DNA of 64,000 nucleotides from Paenibacillaceae bacterium (GTDB taxonomy: Bacteria; Bacillota; Bacilli; Paenibacillales; UBA4045), in NCBI GenBank assembly GCA_040904605.1, contig JBBDTA010000137.1, positions 9,284 to 73,283 of the forward strand, in the 5' to 3' direction. Shown piece by piece: positions 38,988 to 48,323 of this stretch. Position numbers and translations under genes: made by a program. Each line of letters starts with the position of its first letter. Position 1 is the first letter of the stretch. The notes below the pieces were generated by a model, which saw nothing but the letters and a program-made list of their open reading frames with translations, was not told the DNA's origin and ran no database searches.

Positions 38988-40466
38988 TTGGAGAAAATTG
39001 ATATTTTTAGGGATATCGCAGAACGGACAGGTGGAGATATCTATCTTGGCGTTGTCGGTGCGGTACGAACGGGAAAATCCACATTCATCAAAAGGTTCAT
39101 GGAATCGGTAGTACTGCCGAATATCCATAACGAAGCCGATCGCATGAGGGCGATCGACGAATTACCGCAGAGCGCCGCAGGTAAAACGATTATGACCACA
39201 GAGCCCAAATTCGTGCCCAATCAAGCTGTGCAAATTCATGTTGCAGAAGGCTTGGATGTTAATGTACGACTAGTAGATTGTGTGGGGTACGCAGTAGAAG
39301 GTGCCAAGGGCTATGAAGATGAGAATGGACCAAGAATGGTATCGACACCTTGGTTTGAAGAACCCATTCCGTTCCAGGAAGCCGCGGAGATTGGTACTCG
39401 TAAAGTGGTCCAGGAGCATTCAACTTTAGGTGTTATTGTGACTACGGATGGGAGCATTGCTGAAATTCCGAGGTCCTCTTATATTCAGGCAGAGGAACGG
39501 GTTATTGAAGAACTGAGGGAAGTTGGCAAGCCATTCATAATGATTCTAAATTCAACGACACCCAATAGTGAGTCAACGCTTAAGCTCCGGAATGAATTAG
39601 CTGAGAAGTACGATATTCCTGTCATTCCTCTCAGCGTTGCTAGCATGGGGGAGCCAGAAGTGATGTCAGTACTAAGAGAAGTATTGTATGAATTCCCGGT
39701 TCATGAAGTTAATGTGAATCTTCCAAGCTGGGTAATGGTGCTGAACGATCGACATTGGTTAAGAAATCATTATGAAGATTCCGTTCGTGACACGGTCAAG
39801 GATATTCGCAGATTAAGGGATGTTGATCGAGTTGTTGAGCAATTCACCGAATATGATTTCATCGAGCGGGCTGGTTTGTCCGGGATGAGTATGGGGCAGG
39901 GTGTTGCAGAGATCGATCTGTATGCTCCTGATGAGCTTTACGATAAAATTCTGATGGAAGTGGTTGGTGTAGAGATACGCGGTAAAGATCACCTCCTTCA
40001 GCTTATGCAGGATTTCTCATATGCCAAGCGCGAATATGATCGATTCTCTGGTGCACTAGAGATGGTAAAATCGACTGGCTATGGTATTGCTTCTCCCTCA
40101 TTGGAAGAGATGAAGCTAGAAGAACCGGAATTAATCCGTCATGGCTCTCGCTTCGGAGTGAGATTGAAAGCGACAGCTCCTTCGATTCACATGATTCGTG
40201 TAGATGTTGAATCTGAATTCGCTCCAATCATCGGTACTGAGAAGCAGAGTGAAGAGCTAGTTCGCTACTTGATTCAAGATTTTGAGGATAATCCTAAGAA
40301 AATATGGGAATCAGATATCTTCGGTCGCTCGCTTCATAGTATTGTTCGTGAAGGAATCCAAGGGAAAATCTCAATGATGCCAGATAATGCTAGATATAAG
40401 CTGCAGGAAACACTTGGCCGAATAATTAATGAAGGCTCAGGCGGGCTGATTGCTATCATACTTTAA
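38988..40466 (+). CDS. spoIVA: Stage IV sporulation protein A (spore coat morphogenetic ATPase)
   Basis: 492 aa with Walker A GAVRTGKSTFIK, highly characteristic of SpoIVA. TTG start. Confidence 0.96.
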   Translation: MEKIDIFRDIAERTGGDIYLGVVGAVRTGKSTFIKRFMESVVLPNIHNEADRMRAIDELPQSAAGKTIMTTEPKFVPNQAVQIHVAEGLDVNVRLVDCVGYAVEGAKGYEDENGPRMVSTPWFEEPIPFQEAAEIGTRKVVQEHSTLGVIVTTDGSIAEIPRSSYIQAEERVIEELREVGKPFIMILNSTTPNSESTLKLRNELAEKYDIPVIPLSVASMGEPEVMSVLREVLYEFPVHEVNVNLPSWVMVLNDRHWLRNHYEDSVRDTVKDIRRLRDVDRVVEQFTEYDFIERAGLSGMSMGQGVAEIDLYAPDELYDKILMEVVGVEIRGKDHLLQLMQDFSYAKREYDRFSGALEMVKSTGYGIASPSLEEMKLEEPELIRHGSRFGVRLKATAPSIHMIRVDVESEFAPIIGTEKQSEELVRYLIQDFEDNPKKIWESDIFGRSLHSIVREGIQGKISMMPDNARYKLQETLGRIINEGSGGLIAIIL

Positions 40467-40479
40467 TTAGACAGTTGTT

Positions 40480-40510
40480 GGGCACTCTTATCGGGGTGCT
40501 CTTGTTTTTT
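40480..40510 (+). terminator. Intrinsic terminator after spoIVA
   Basis: The GGGCACTC/GGGGTGCTC stem is followed by TTGTTTTTT. Confidence 0.7.
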
Positions 40511-40589
40511 CGCTGGATATGTATATTTTATCGTAAAAGAGTGAACAAAGAATGATAAGAACCCATATTATGGGGGGAGGTGAATTGTC

Positions 40590-40862
40590 ATTAATAAAGC
40601 AGATTTGGTATCCAAGGTAGCGGAATCTACCGAATTATCCAAGAAGGATGTAAGTAAAGCAATAGAAGCTGTATTCGAATCTATATCTGAAGCTCTGCAT
40701 CTAGGAGAGAAAGTGCAGCTTGTTGGCTTCGGCAATTTCGAAGTGAGGGAACGCTCAGCCCGCAAAGGTAGAAATCCTCAAACTGGTGAAGAAATTGAAA
40801 TTCCAGCGAGTAAGGTCCCCGCTTTCAAGCCTGGTAAGGCGTTGAAGGAAGGGGTTCAATAG
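40590..40862 (+). CDS. hbs: DNA-binding protein HU
   Basis: The HU family sequence runs from (M)[11 protein letters not shown] to [27 protein letters not shown] full-length product needs the ATT codon at 40590, 9 nt after SD GGAGG. The track's TTG 40605 truncates the conserved N-terminus and lies 24 nt from the SD. Confidence 0.9.
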   Translation: MNKADLVSKVAESTELSKKDVSKAIEAVFESISEALHLGEKVQLVGFGNFEVRERSARKGRNPQTGEEIEIPASKVPAFKPGKALKEGVQ

Positions 40863-40870
40863 TTAGTTAT

Positions 40871-40918
40871 AAAACCACTCTCGTGTTGTGAGCTTCACAA
40901 CACACGAGAGTGGTTTTT
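40871..40918 (+). terminator. Intrinsic terminator after hbs
   Basis: The long perfect stem AAAACCACTCTCGTGTTGTGA/TCACAACACACGAGAGTGGTTTT ends in TTTTT. Confidence 0.85.
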
Positions 40919-40945
40919 GATGTGTTTATAGGTTCGTGTTATAAT
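40917..40945 (+). promoter_or_regulatory. Putative promoter of mtrB (extended -10)
   Basis: TTGATG, 17-nt spacer containing TG, TATAAT (40940-40945). Confidence 0.5.
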
Positions 40946-41021
40946 ATTAAGCTTACGAAGTAGTTCTGTTTGAATGACCTTACTTCTTAAGCTATAATTT
41001 TACACTTTTAGGAGGATTCAT

Positions 41022-41246
41022 ATGTCAGAGCTTATGCAAGGCGATTATGTGGTTATAAAAGCCAAGGAAAATGGTGCACATGTTATCGGTTTAACTAGAG
41101 GTCAGGATACCAAGTTTCATCATACGGAAAAGCTTGATAAAGGTGAAGTGATGATTTTTCAGTTCACAGATCATACCTCAGCAGTGAAGATACGCGGTAA
41201 AGCGGTCCTATATACCAAGCATGGTATCGTAGACACTGAAGAATAG
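41022..41246 (+). CDS. mtrB: trp RNA-binding attenuation protein (TRAP)
   Basis: 74 aa. The stretch [40 protein letters not shown] closely matches B. subtilis MtrB. Confidence 0.95.
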   Translation: MSELMQGDYVVIKAKENGAHVIGLTRGQDTKFHHTEKLDKGEVMIFQFTDHTSAVKIRGKAVLYTKHGIVDTEE

Positions 41247-41256
41247 AATAACGTAT

Positions 41257-41306
41257 GAGGGGCGAACCCATAAGTGAAATTTACTTATAGTTGAGCCTCT
41301 TTTTAT
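41257..41306 (+). terminator. Possible terminator after mtrB
   Basis: Composite hairpin (GAGG...ATAAGT-GAAATT-ACTTAT...CCTC) followed by TTTTTATT. Confidence 0.4.
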
Positions 41307-41397
41307 TGCAAACTCTTCAACTGCTTGGACTTCCCGAGTGACTGGTCTCATACAATGGAATGTAGAGACAATTCAGTCGAAAGGTGAAGTGGTTATC

Positions 41398-41940
41398 GTG
41401 AAGCTATGGGCTCGCTTTATTGTTGTTGCTGTATTGTCAGTTTGTATTGCGTGGTTATTGTCCTTCTTGCCGGAGCTTAAGTCTCATCTGCCTATCGATC
41501 TGAACGAGCTGCAAGTGTTTCAGAATGATAACCCTGTTACATTGACGGAAGAGAATATTGTAGATTGGATTATAACGGTACCCTTACAATTGGAATTGAG
41601 AAGAGTAGATTGGAGCGATCGAATTCTTTCCGTAGATTTCGAGGTGGGAACACCCATGGAGCCATCGAAAGTCATCATGAATCAACTATTGGATTTCGTC
41701 TATTACGGTCTTGGTGCGACAACGAATGTGGATCGGGTCTGGGCTCGAATAGTACAAACTCCTGTCGGTGAAGGCCAACAACCACGACGATTATTGCTTG
41801 CACTCGATGCACATCGGGCGCAAATTTTCGAGGAAGATTATGAACTCTGGAAGAGCGAGCAGATCAGTGTAGAAGATTTAATTGAAAGGCGGTTTCAGCT
41901 GACGGTGACTCCGCAATGGACAAGGCTTCAGCTTGAGTAG
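41398..41940 (+). CDS. Hypothetical membrane-anchored protein
   Basis: The ORF is open from 41338. GTG 41398 lies 11 nt after SD AAAGGTG and gives a natural signal-anchor N-terminus, MKLWARFIVVAVLSV. No recognised family. Confidence 0.55.
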   Translation: MKLWARFIVVAVLSVCIAWLLSFLPELKSHLPIDLNELQVFQNDNPVTLTEENIVDWIITVPLQLELRRVDWSDRILSVDFEVGTPMEPSKVIMNQLLDFVYYGLGATTNVDRVWARIVQTPVGEGQQPRRLLLALDAHRAQIFEEDYELWKSEQISVEDLIERRFQLTVTPQWTRLQLE

Positions 41941-42098
41941 ACCTTTCTTACTCATAATAATTATTATAAAGAAGCTTAATTATTCTGTAACATCTTCATG
42001 TTGTTCAAACATGCGTAACGAACAAGGTTATGTTATAATAATCAAGATTATTATGTAGCCTAGTTAGAATAGCTCTTATACGCTCGGAGGCTTATTAG

Positions 42099-42956
42099 AT
42101 GAGAACGGACCATATCGCCAAACTTGCTGTTAAATATACAGATTACGAAATGATTAAAGCTCATACACTTCTTCCGGCCTTTCCTGAGATTCGGACTAGG
42201 CTGCTTTTTGCATTCTTACAGCGAAACCCCAAGCAAGTCGAACATAGTGAAGTCTGTGCTCTTGCTACTTCACTAGCTCAATTAGGACTAGATACGCATG
42301 ATATGGTGACTTCAACACCTACTCAGGAGTTCATCGGACAGGCTCGCTCACGTCAATTAAAGGTGTTGGCCGGTGATTATTTTAACAGTCGCTTTTATCA
42401 TTTGTTATCTCATATAGGTCGAATTGATATCATTGGATTAGTTTCCGGTGCAATAAGTGAAGTTAATAGGATGAAGATGAATTTCTATGAACGATTCAGA
42501 GCGATGAAGCTGACTGCAGAGGAGTATATGGAGCAATCCGTATCGATGAGAACTCAATTATTCTTGGCACTCTCTAGGTTTATTCCTGAGCAATATAATG
42601 TTAAGTGGCCTGAGCTTCTAAGCTTGTTGACTCGTTGTGAAGTGATTCAGAATGAGCTGGAACGAAGTGATTCTTATGAAACATTCAGAGACAGCTGGGC
42701 ATTCTGTTACATGCTTGAGGCTGTATCGCCCGTTGATCGGGAACGATTGATCAATGTAGATAAACCTGCTGTCGTCTCGTTAATGACCAAGTTTAATATT
42801 CATGGAGTACTCATGGATATGCTTCAAACTCACATTCAACAAGTAATCAGAATCTTGGAGCATATGGATTCAGATACGCTAAGAACAGAAATTACAACGA
42901 TGCTTCAATCATTCAATCCCAGAGTATGTATTCCACAGGTTGCCAAAGAAATTTGA
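42099..42956 (+). CDS. hepS: Heptaprenyl diphosphate synthase component I
   Basis: 285 aa with a GDYFNSRFYHLLS motif. It sits upstream of menG and hepT as in B. subtilis. Confidence 0.75.
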   Translation: MRTDHIAKLAVKYTDYEMIKAHTLLPAFPEIRTRLLFAFLQRNPKQVEHSEVCALATSLAQLGLDTHDMVTSTPTQEFIGQARSRQLKVLAGDYFNSRFYHLLSHIGRIDIIGLVSGAISEVNRMKMNFYERFRAMKLTAEEYMEQSVSMRTQLFLALSRFIPEQYNVKWPELLSLLTRCEVIQNELERSDSYETFRDSWAFCYMLEAVSPVDRERLINVDKPAVVSLMTKFNIHGVLMDMLQTHIQQVIRILEHMDSDTLRTEITTMLQSFNPRVCIPQVAKEI

Positions 42957-42964
42957 GGTGAAGT

Positions 42965-43696
42965 ATGGAACAACAATCCAAAGAAAAATACGTTCATTCT
43001 GTCTTTCAGAGTGTCGCTCCCAAGTATGATTTTATGAATGATGTGCTCAGCTTTCGCCGCCATAAATCATGGCGAAGATTTACGATGAAGAAGATGGCTG
43101 TGCAACTTGGGCAATCAGCTTTAGATATTTGTTGTGGCACTTGTGATTGGACAATCAGTCTCGCTGAAGCTAGTTCAACAGGAACTATTGTAGGTCTAGA
43201 TTTCAGTCGCAACATGCTAAATGTAGGGCAGAGTAAGATTGATCGCCTTGGCATGTCTAAGCGTATTGAGCTCATTCATGGTAATGCTATGGAACTACCA
43301 TTCGATGATCATACTTTTGACCATGTAACTATTGGCTTTGGCTTACGTAATGTTCCGGATATTCAGCGGGTTTTGCGGGAGATGATGCGGGTCGTTAAGC
43401 CAGGGGGACTTGTTGTCTGTCTGGAGTTATCGAAGCCCACATGGCAGCCCTTCAAAGGGCTATACTATTCTTATTTCAAATATGTACTTCCATTCATAGG
43501 AAAGCTGCTTGCTAAACGATACGAGCAATACAAGTGGTTGCCGAAATCGCTCATGGAATTTCCTAATCACAAACAGCTATTGGCTATATTTAATCAAATT
43601 GGGTTACAGAACACAAAGGCTTACCCACTAACTGGCGGAATTGCTGCATTGCATATCGGCGTGAAGGGAAACGACGATAACCATGAGAAAGCTTAA
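42965..43696 (+). CDS. menG: Demethylmenaquinone methyltransferase
   Basis: 243 aa UbiE/MenG class-I SAM methyltransferase (VFQSVAPKYDFMNDVLSF, LDICCGT). Confidence 0.93.
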   Translation: MEQQSKEKYVHSVFQSVAPKYDFMNDVLSFRRHKSWRRFTMKKMAVQLGQSALDICCGTCDWTISLAEASSTGTIVGLDFSRNMLNVGQSKIDRLGMSKRIELIHGNAMELPFDDHTFDHVTIGFGLRNVPDIQRVLREMMRVVKPGGLVVCLELSKPTWQPFKGLYYSYFKYVLPFIGKLLAKRYEQYKWLPKSLMEFPNHKQLLAIFNQIGLQNTKAYPLTGGIAALHIGVKGNDDNHEKA

Positions 43697-44552
43697 GATT
43701 TTCTTGGAAATGATTAAATTTGAACATACCTTGTTTGCATTACCTTTTGCTTACATGGGAGCTATTCTTTCTTCTGTATATGTATTTGATCGACTTCCCG
43801 CATGGAGCGAGATTGGATGGATTACCCTAGCTATGATCGGTGCAAGGACTGCTGCTATGGGATTAAATCGCGTAATCGATCGAACGATTGATGCGAAGAA
43901 TCCAAGAACAGCAAATCGGGCTATTCCTGCGGGCTTAATATCTTCGATAGAGGTATGGCTGTTTATTGTAATATCTTTTGTACTGTTGTTCGTGGCGACT
44001 TCTAATTTAGACCCTCTGTCAATGAAGCTATTGCCTATCGCTGTTATATTCTTAGTCGGGTATTCCTATACGAAGAGATTTACGTGGGCTTGCCACATTA
44101 TTCTAGGTCTTACTATTGGTTTAGCGCCCTTAGGCGCTTGGGCTGCAGTTACGGGTGAGATTAATATGACGGCTATGATCTTCTATCTCGCTGTTGCACT
44201 ATGGACTGCGGGCTTCGACGTGCTCTATGCATGTCAGGATATTGATTTCGATCGTAAGGAAGGGCTTCATTCTATTCCATCACGCTTCGGGATAACTCGA
44301 GCGCTATGGATTGCTAGAGGATTCCATCTGTTAACAGCAGCAGGTCTATTCTCACTAATATGGTTAGCAGATTTAAGCGAGTTTTATATTGTCGGAATGA
44401 TCATTGCTTATATCATCCTCGTCTATGAACATCGCTTAGTTACTCCGAATGACTTGACTCGCTTGAACACAGCGTTCTTTACAATGAATGGTGTGCTAAG
44501 TATAGTCCTGTTCATATTTACAGTCATTGACCTGGTGGTGCGTTATGGATGA
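43683..44552 (+). CDS. UbiA-family aromatic polyprenyltransferase
   Basis: 289 aa, polytopic, with NRVIDRTIDAKNPRT (NxxxDxxxD) and a second Asp-rich motif DIDFD. It overlaps menG by 14 nt. Confidence 0.88.
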   Translation: MRKLKIFLEMIKFEHTLFALPFAYMGAILSSVYVFDRLPAWSEIGWITLAMIGARTAAMGLNRVIDRTIDAKNPRTANRAIPAGLISSIEVWLFIVISFVLLFVATSNLDPLSMKLLPIAVIFLVGYSYTKRFTWACHIILGLTIGLAPLGAWAAVTGEINMTAMIFYLAVALWTAGFDVLYACQDIDFDRKEGLHSIPSRFGITRALWIARGFHLLTAAGLFSLIWLADLSEFYIVGMIIAYIILVYEHRLVTPNDLTRLNTAFFTMNGVLSIVLFIFTVIDLVVRYG

Positions 44553-45175
44553 GTAGTGAGACCTATAGATGGATAATCGGAATAACCGGAGCAAGTGGCA
44601 GTATCTATGGAGTAACTCTTACCCACTATCTCCTTCAGCATAACTATACCGTTCATCTTGTAATAACGGATGCAGGCTGGCGTGTCTTACACGATGAATT
44701 AGGCTGGAATACTACCAAGCGAAGCGAGACCATCAATGAACAGTTCGGCGATTATGAATCAACCTTCAAGTTCCATCCTATACAGGACATTGGAGCGAGT
44801 ATTGCTAGCGGGTCTTATCGCGTTGATGGCATGGTTATCGTACCTTGCTCAATGGGTTCTGTGGCCGCTGTCGCGAATGGCTCTTCGAATAATTTGCTAC
44901 AACGAGCAGCAGATGTCATGCTTAAGGAAGGCCGTAAGCTGATCATCGTTCCTAGAGAAACACCGTTGTCGGCCATTCATTTGGAGAATATGCTGAAGTT
45001 AGCTAGATTGGGTGTTACGATTGCTCCGGCGATGCCAGCATTCTATCATAAGCCAGGTAACATCGAGGATATGGTTAACTTTATGGTTGGTAAGACATTG
45101 GACTCAATGGGAATCCATAATCAAGTATACAGCAGGTGGGGAGCAGAAGATGACCGATCCACAAAGAACTCTTAA
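44549..45175 (+). CDS. ubiX: UbiX-family flavin prenyltransferase
   Basis: 208 aa with ITGASGSIYG and PCSMGS motifs. It has an ATGA overlap with the preceding gene. Confidence 0.9.
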   Translation: MSSETYRWIIGITGASGSIYGVTLTHYLLQHNYTVHLVITDAGWRVLHDELGWNTTKRSETINEQFGDYESTFKFHPIQDIGASIASGSYRVDGMVIVPCSMGSVAAVANGSSNNLLQRAADVMLKEGRKLIIVPRETPLSAIHLENMLKLARLGVTIAPAMPAFYHKPGNIEDMVNFMVGKTLDSMGIHNQVYSRWGAEDDRSTKNS

Positions 45176-46001
45176 AATTGGCCGAATAGACTTCACTAAT
45201 GTGTGGCCGGTATTTCATTATTTTCCGGTCTCAACATTTGGTTCATCCATAGAAATTATTTCACAAGTACCAACCGAACTAAACCGCAATATGCGGAATG
45301 GGTCTATTGATATTGGACCAATATCATCTTTTGCCTACGCGGAATCCCATAATCTTTATTATATTCTGCCTAACTTATCCGTTAGCGCTCACGGTTCAGT
45401 TCGTTCCATACTCCTATTCTATAAGGGTAGCTTGGACAGAGTGAAGAACGGGCGCATTGCTCTGACGACTGCGTCTGCCACTTCTGTTAATTTGCTGAAA
45501 ATCATTCTAGAAAAGTTTCATGGTGGAAAGCCAGAATATTCTTTTGCTTCACCATCATTACATGATATGATGGAAGGAATGGATGGCGCAATGCTGATTG
45601 GTGATGATGCTATTCGGGCAAGCTGGGAGCAACATGACTATCAGGTTCTGGATTTGGGCGCTGAATGGACGAGGCTTACAGGCTGTTGGATGACTTTTGC
45701 TATATGGGCAATCCGGCGTGAGGTAATCGAAATCATGCCAATATTAATCAGCCAAGTTCAAGTAGCCTTTCTTGATAGTAAGGCGAAGGGACGTGCAGAT
45801 CCAAGTGGCATCATAACTGCCGCTATGGAACGGCTCGGTGGAACCCCTGACTTCTGGAGTCAGTATTTCTCGGACCTTTCCTATGAATTCTCAGATGAAC
45901 AGAAGAAAGGGCTGCAACTGTATTATCAATATGCGTTTGAGTTGGGGTTATTATTTGGAGAAGTACCACTGAATATATGGAACAATACTAAGATATTATA
46001 G
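45150..46001 (+). CDS. MqnA/MqnD-family menaquinone biosynthesis protein (futalosine-pathway type)
   Basis: 283 aa from ATG 45150 (SD AGGTGGGGAG). Pattern: IGRIDFTNVWPVF ... GSIDIGPISSFAY ... LDLGAEW...G.WMTFAIWAIRR. Confidence 0.75.
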   Translation: MTDPQRTLKIGRIDFTNVWPVFHYFPVSTFGSSIEIISQVPTELNRNMRNGSIDIGPISSFAYAESHNLYYILPNLSVSAHGSVRSILLFYKGSLDRVKNGRIALTTASATSVNLLKIILEKFHGGKPEYSFASPSLHDMMEGMDGAMLIGDDAIRASWEQHDYQVLDLGAEWTRLTGCWMTFAIWAIRREVIEIMPILISQVQVAFLDSKAKGRADPSGIITAAMERLGGTPDFWSQYFSDLSYEFSDEQKKGLQLYYQYAFELGLLFGEVPLNIWNNTKIL

Positions 46002-46009
46002 GTGAATGA

Positions 46010-46984
46010 ATGAAACTTTTGGACATTTATACGAGCTTGAAGGGTGATATTCGGTATATCGAAGATGAATTGGATAAAAGCATTAGATCCGATCATGCTT
46101 TACTCAATAAGACTTCACTCCATTTGCTCAAAGCAGGTGGGAAGAGAATTCGTCCCGTATTTGTATTATTAGCAGGCCAGTTTGGCGACTATTCCTTGGA
46201 ACGCTTGAAACAAGTGGCTGTTACATTAGAGCTCATTCATATGGCAAGCTTAGTACATGATGACGTTATTGATGATGCGGATACACGACGTGGTCAATTT
46301 ACTGTTAAGTCTAAGTGGGATAACCGTATTGCCATGTATACAGGAGATTATATATTTGCCAAGGCACTAATGGTATTAACGGAGCTAGCAGACCCTCAAA
46401 TTCATAAGATACTTTCCAAAGCTATAGTCCAAATGACAATTGGAGAGATGGAGCAGATTCGTTACTTCTTCCATTATGAGCAGACCGTGCGAGAATACTT
46501 GCTGCGCATACGTAGGAAGACAGCTTTGCTCTTCGCAGTTAGCTGTCAATTAGGTGCATTGGCCGTTGGAGCTGACTCTTCTAAATCTAGAGCTTTGTAT
46601 GCATTCGGTTACAATGTCGGTATGGCCTTCCAAATTCGAGACGATATCTTGGATATCTGTGGTACGGAGAAGCAGATAGGCAAGCCACCAGGAAGTGATA
46701 TTCGCCAAGGTAATATTACACTCCCTTTCATTATGGCGCTTAAGGATAGTCCGCGTAGAGAAACAATGATCGCACATATCGAAACCATTCGTGAAGCAGA
46801 TGGTAAAGCGGATACGTCAACTCTGCTGCAGCTACTTAGAGAAAGTAATGGGTTGGAGCAAGCGGAGAAGCTCTTAGAGCTTTATATTGAGAAGGCCATA
46901 GTAGCCGTAAGTCAGTTACCAGAGCAATCGGCAAAGCGAAGTTTAATTGAGATTGCCCATTTTGTCGGTAATCGTACATACTAA
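46010..46984 (+). CDS. hepT: Heptaprenyl diphosphate synthase component II
   Basis: 324 aa trans-prenyltransferase with DDVIDDAD and DDILD motifs. Confidence 0.92.
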   Translation: MKLLDIYTSLKGDIRYIEDELDKSIRSDHALLNKTSLHLLKAGGKRIRPVFVLLAGQFGDYSLERLKQVAVTLELIHMASLVHDDVIDDADTRRGQFTVKSKWDNRIAMYTGDYIFAKALMVLTELADPQIHKILSKAIVQMTIGEMEQIRYFFHYEQTVREYLLRIRRKTALLFAVSCQLGALAVGADSSKSRALYAFGYNVGMAFQIRDDILDICGTEKQIGKPPGSDIRQGNITLPFIMALKDSPRRETMIAHIETIREADGKADTSTLLQLLRESNGLEQAEKLLELYIEKAIVAVSQLPEQSAKRSLIEIAHFVGNRTY

Positions 46985-47014
46985 TACTATCAAAAACTTT
47001 TAGGAGGCAATCCC

Positions 47015-47458
47015 ATGGAAAGAACTTACGTAATGATTAAGCCTGATGGAGTACAGCGTGGATTGATTGGAGAAATTGTTGGTCGATTAGAGAACAAAGG
47101 CTTTCAAATGATAGGCTGCAAGCTTATGCAGATGACTCGCCTGCAAGCTGAGAAGCACTATGCTGAGCATCAAGGAAAATCATTCTTCGATGAATTAGTT
47201 AGCTTTATTACTTCTGGACCTGTATTCGCAATGGTATGGGAAGGAGACCAGGTTATTACATTATCTAGAATGATGATGGGCAAAACGAATACGCTAGACG
47301 CATTACCAGGAACAATACGTGGAGATTATGCAGTTCATACCGGCTTGAATATTATCCATGGCTCAGATTCTCCAGAAAGTGCTGAACTTGAAATTAATCA
47401 CTTCTTCAAGCCTGAGGAATTGATATCATACACAAGATCGATTCAACAATGGATTTGA
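47015..47458 (+). CDS. ndk: Nucleoside diphosphate kinase
   Basis: 147 aa with the NIIHGSDS active-site motif. Confidence 0.96.
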   Translation: MERTYVMIKPDGVQRGLIGEIVGRLENKGFQMIGCKLMQMTRLQAEKHYAEHQGKSFFDELVSFITSGPVFAMVWEGDQVITLSRMMMGKTNTLDALPGTIRGDYAVHTGLNIIHGSDSPESAELEINHFFKPEELISYTRSIQQWI

Positions 47459-47485
47459 AATAAGGGGAAAGCATTGGAGTGATAA

Positions 47486-48268
47486 GTGTTGGAGGATTTA
47501 GATTACAATTTATTCATTCGTAAGATCAATGAGAATCTAAATCTGGACTTAGGCAACTATAAAGAAACCCAGATGAAGCGTCGATTAACGTCCTTGTTCA
47601 TGAAAAGGGGCTTTAGTTCCTTTCTTCCTTATTTCAATGCTTTAATGAAAGACAAGGAGTTAATGAATGAATTCATGGACCGTGTAACCATCAATGTGTC
47701 CGAATTTTGGCGTAACCCTACAAGATGGACAGTCTTAGAACAGAAATTTATTCCAGAGATGTTAAAAAAGTCTCCCCAACTGAAATGCTGGAGTGCAGCT
47801 TGTTCTTCGGGGGAGGAGCCCTATACACTAGCGATGTTACTTATGGAAGCTGGTGCAGATCGCCCTGAAATTCTCGCAATGGATATAGATGACACGGTCT
47901 TAGCCAAAGCGCAGAAGGGGGAATACATAGAACGATCTATTCGCGACATTCCCGCTAAGTATTTGTCCAAATATTTTACTAAAGTTAATGATACTTACCA
48001 GGTCGACCAATCCCTAAAAAAGCTAATTCGATTTAAAAAGGGCAATCTTCTGCTCGATCGCTTCGAGAAGGATTTCGATCTTATCATTTGCCGGAATGTG
48101 ATGATTTACTTCACGGAGGAAGCTAAGCAAGATTTGTATCATAAGTTTTCACAATCATTAAAACCCGATGGTTTATTATTCGTAGGCAGCACAGAACAGA
48201 TTTTCACACCCGTTCAATACCATCTGGAAGCTGTAGATTCATTTTTTTATCGTAAAATAACTGTATAA
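47486..48268 (+). CDS. cheR: Chemotaxis protein methyltransferase
   Basis: 260 aa of the CheR SAM-methyltransferase family (WSAACSSGEEPY), with a GTG start. Confidence 0.9.
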   Translation: MLEDLDYNLFIRKINENLNLDLGNYKETQMKRRLTSLFMKRGFSSFLPYFNALMKDKELMNEFMDRVTINVSEFWRNPTRWTVLEQKFIPEMLKKSPQLKCWSAACSSGEEPYTLAMLLMEAGADRPEILAMDIDDTVLAKAQKGEYIERSIRDIPAKYLSKYFTKVNDTYQVDQSLKKLIRFKKGNLLLDRFEKDFDLIICRNVMIYFTEEAKQDLYHKFSQSLKPDGLLFVGSTEQIFTPVQYHLEAVDSFFYRKITV

Positions 48269-48323
48269 CCCTTGCCAAATATTGCAATACTAGTCGTATT
48301 GAATAGGAAGTGAAGGGGTCTAG

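Noticed and set aside
45012-45149. Long N-terminal extension of the MqnA-like ORF (track start 45012)
   Set aside because: The extension lies in an alternative frame within ubiX and looks non-protein-like. ATG 45150 has an SD and matches the family N-terminus.
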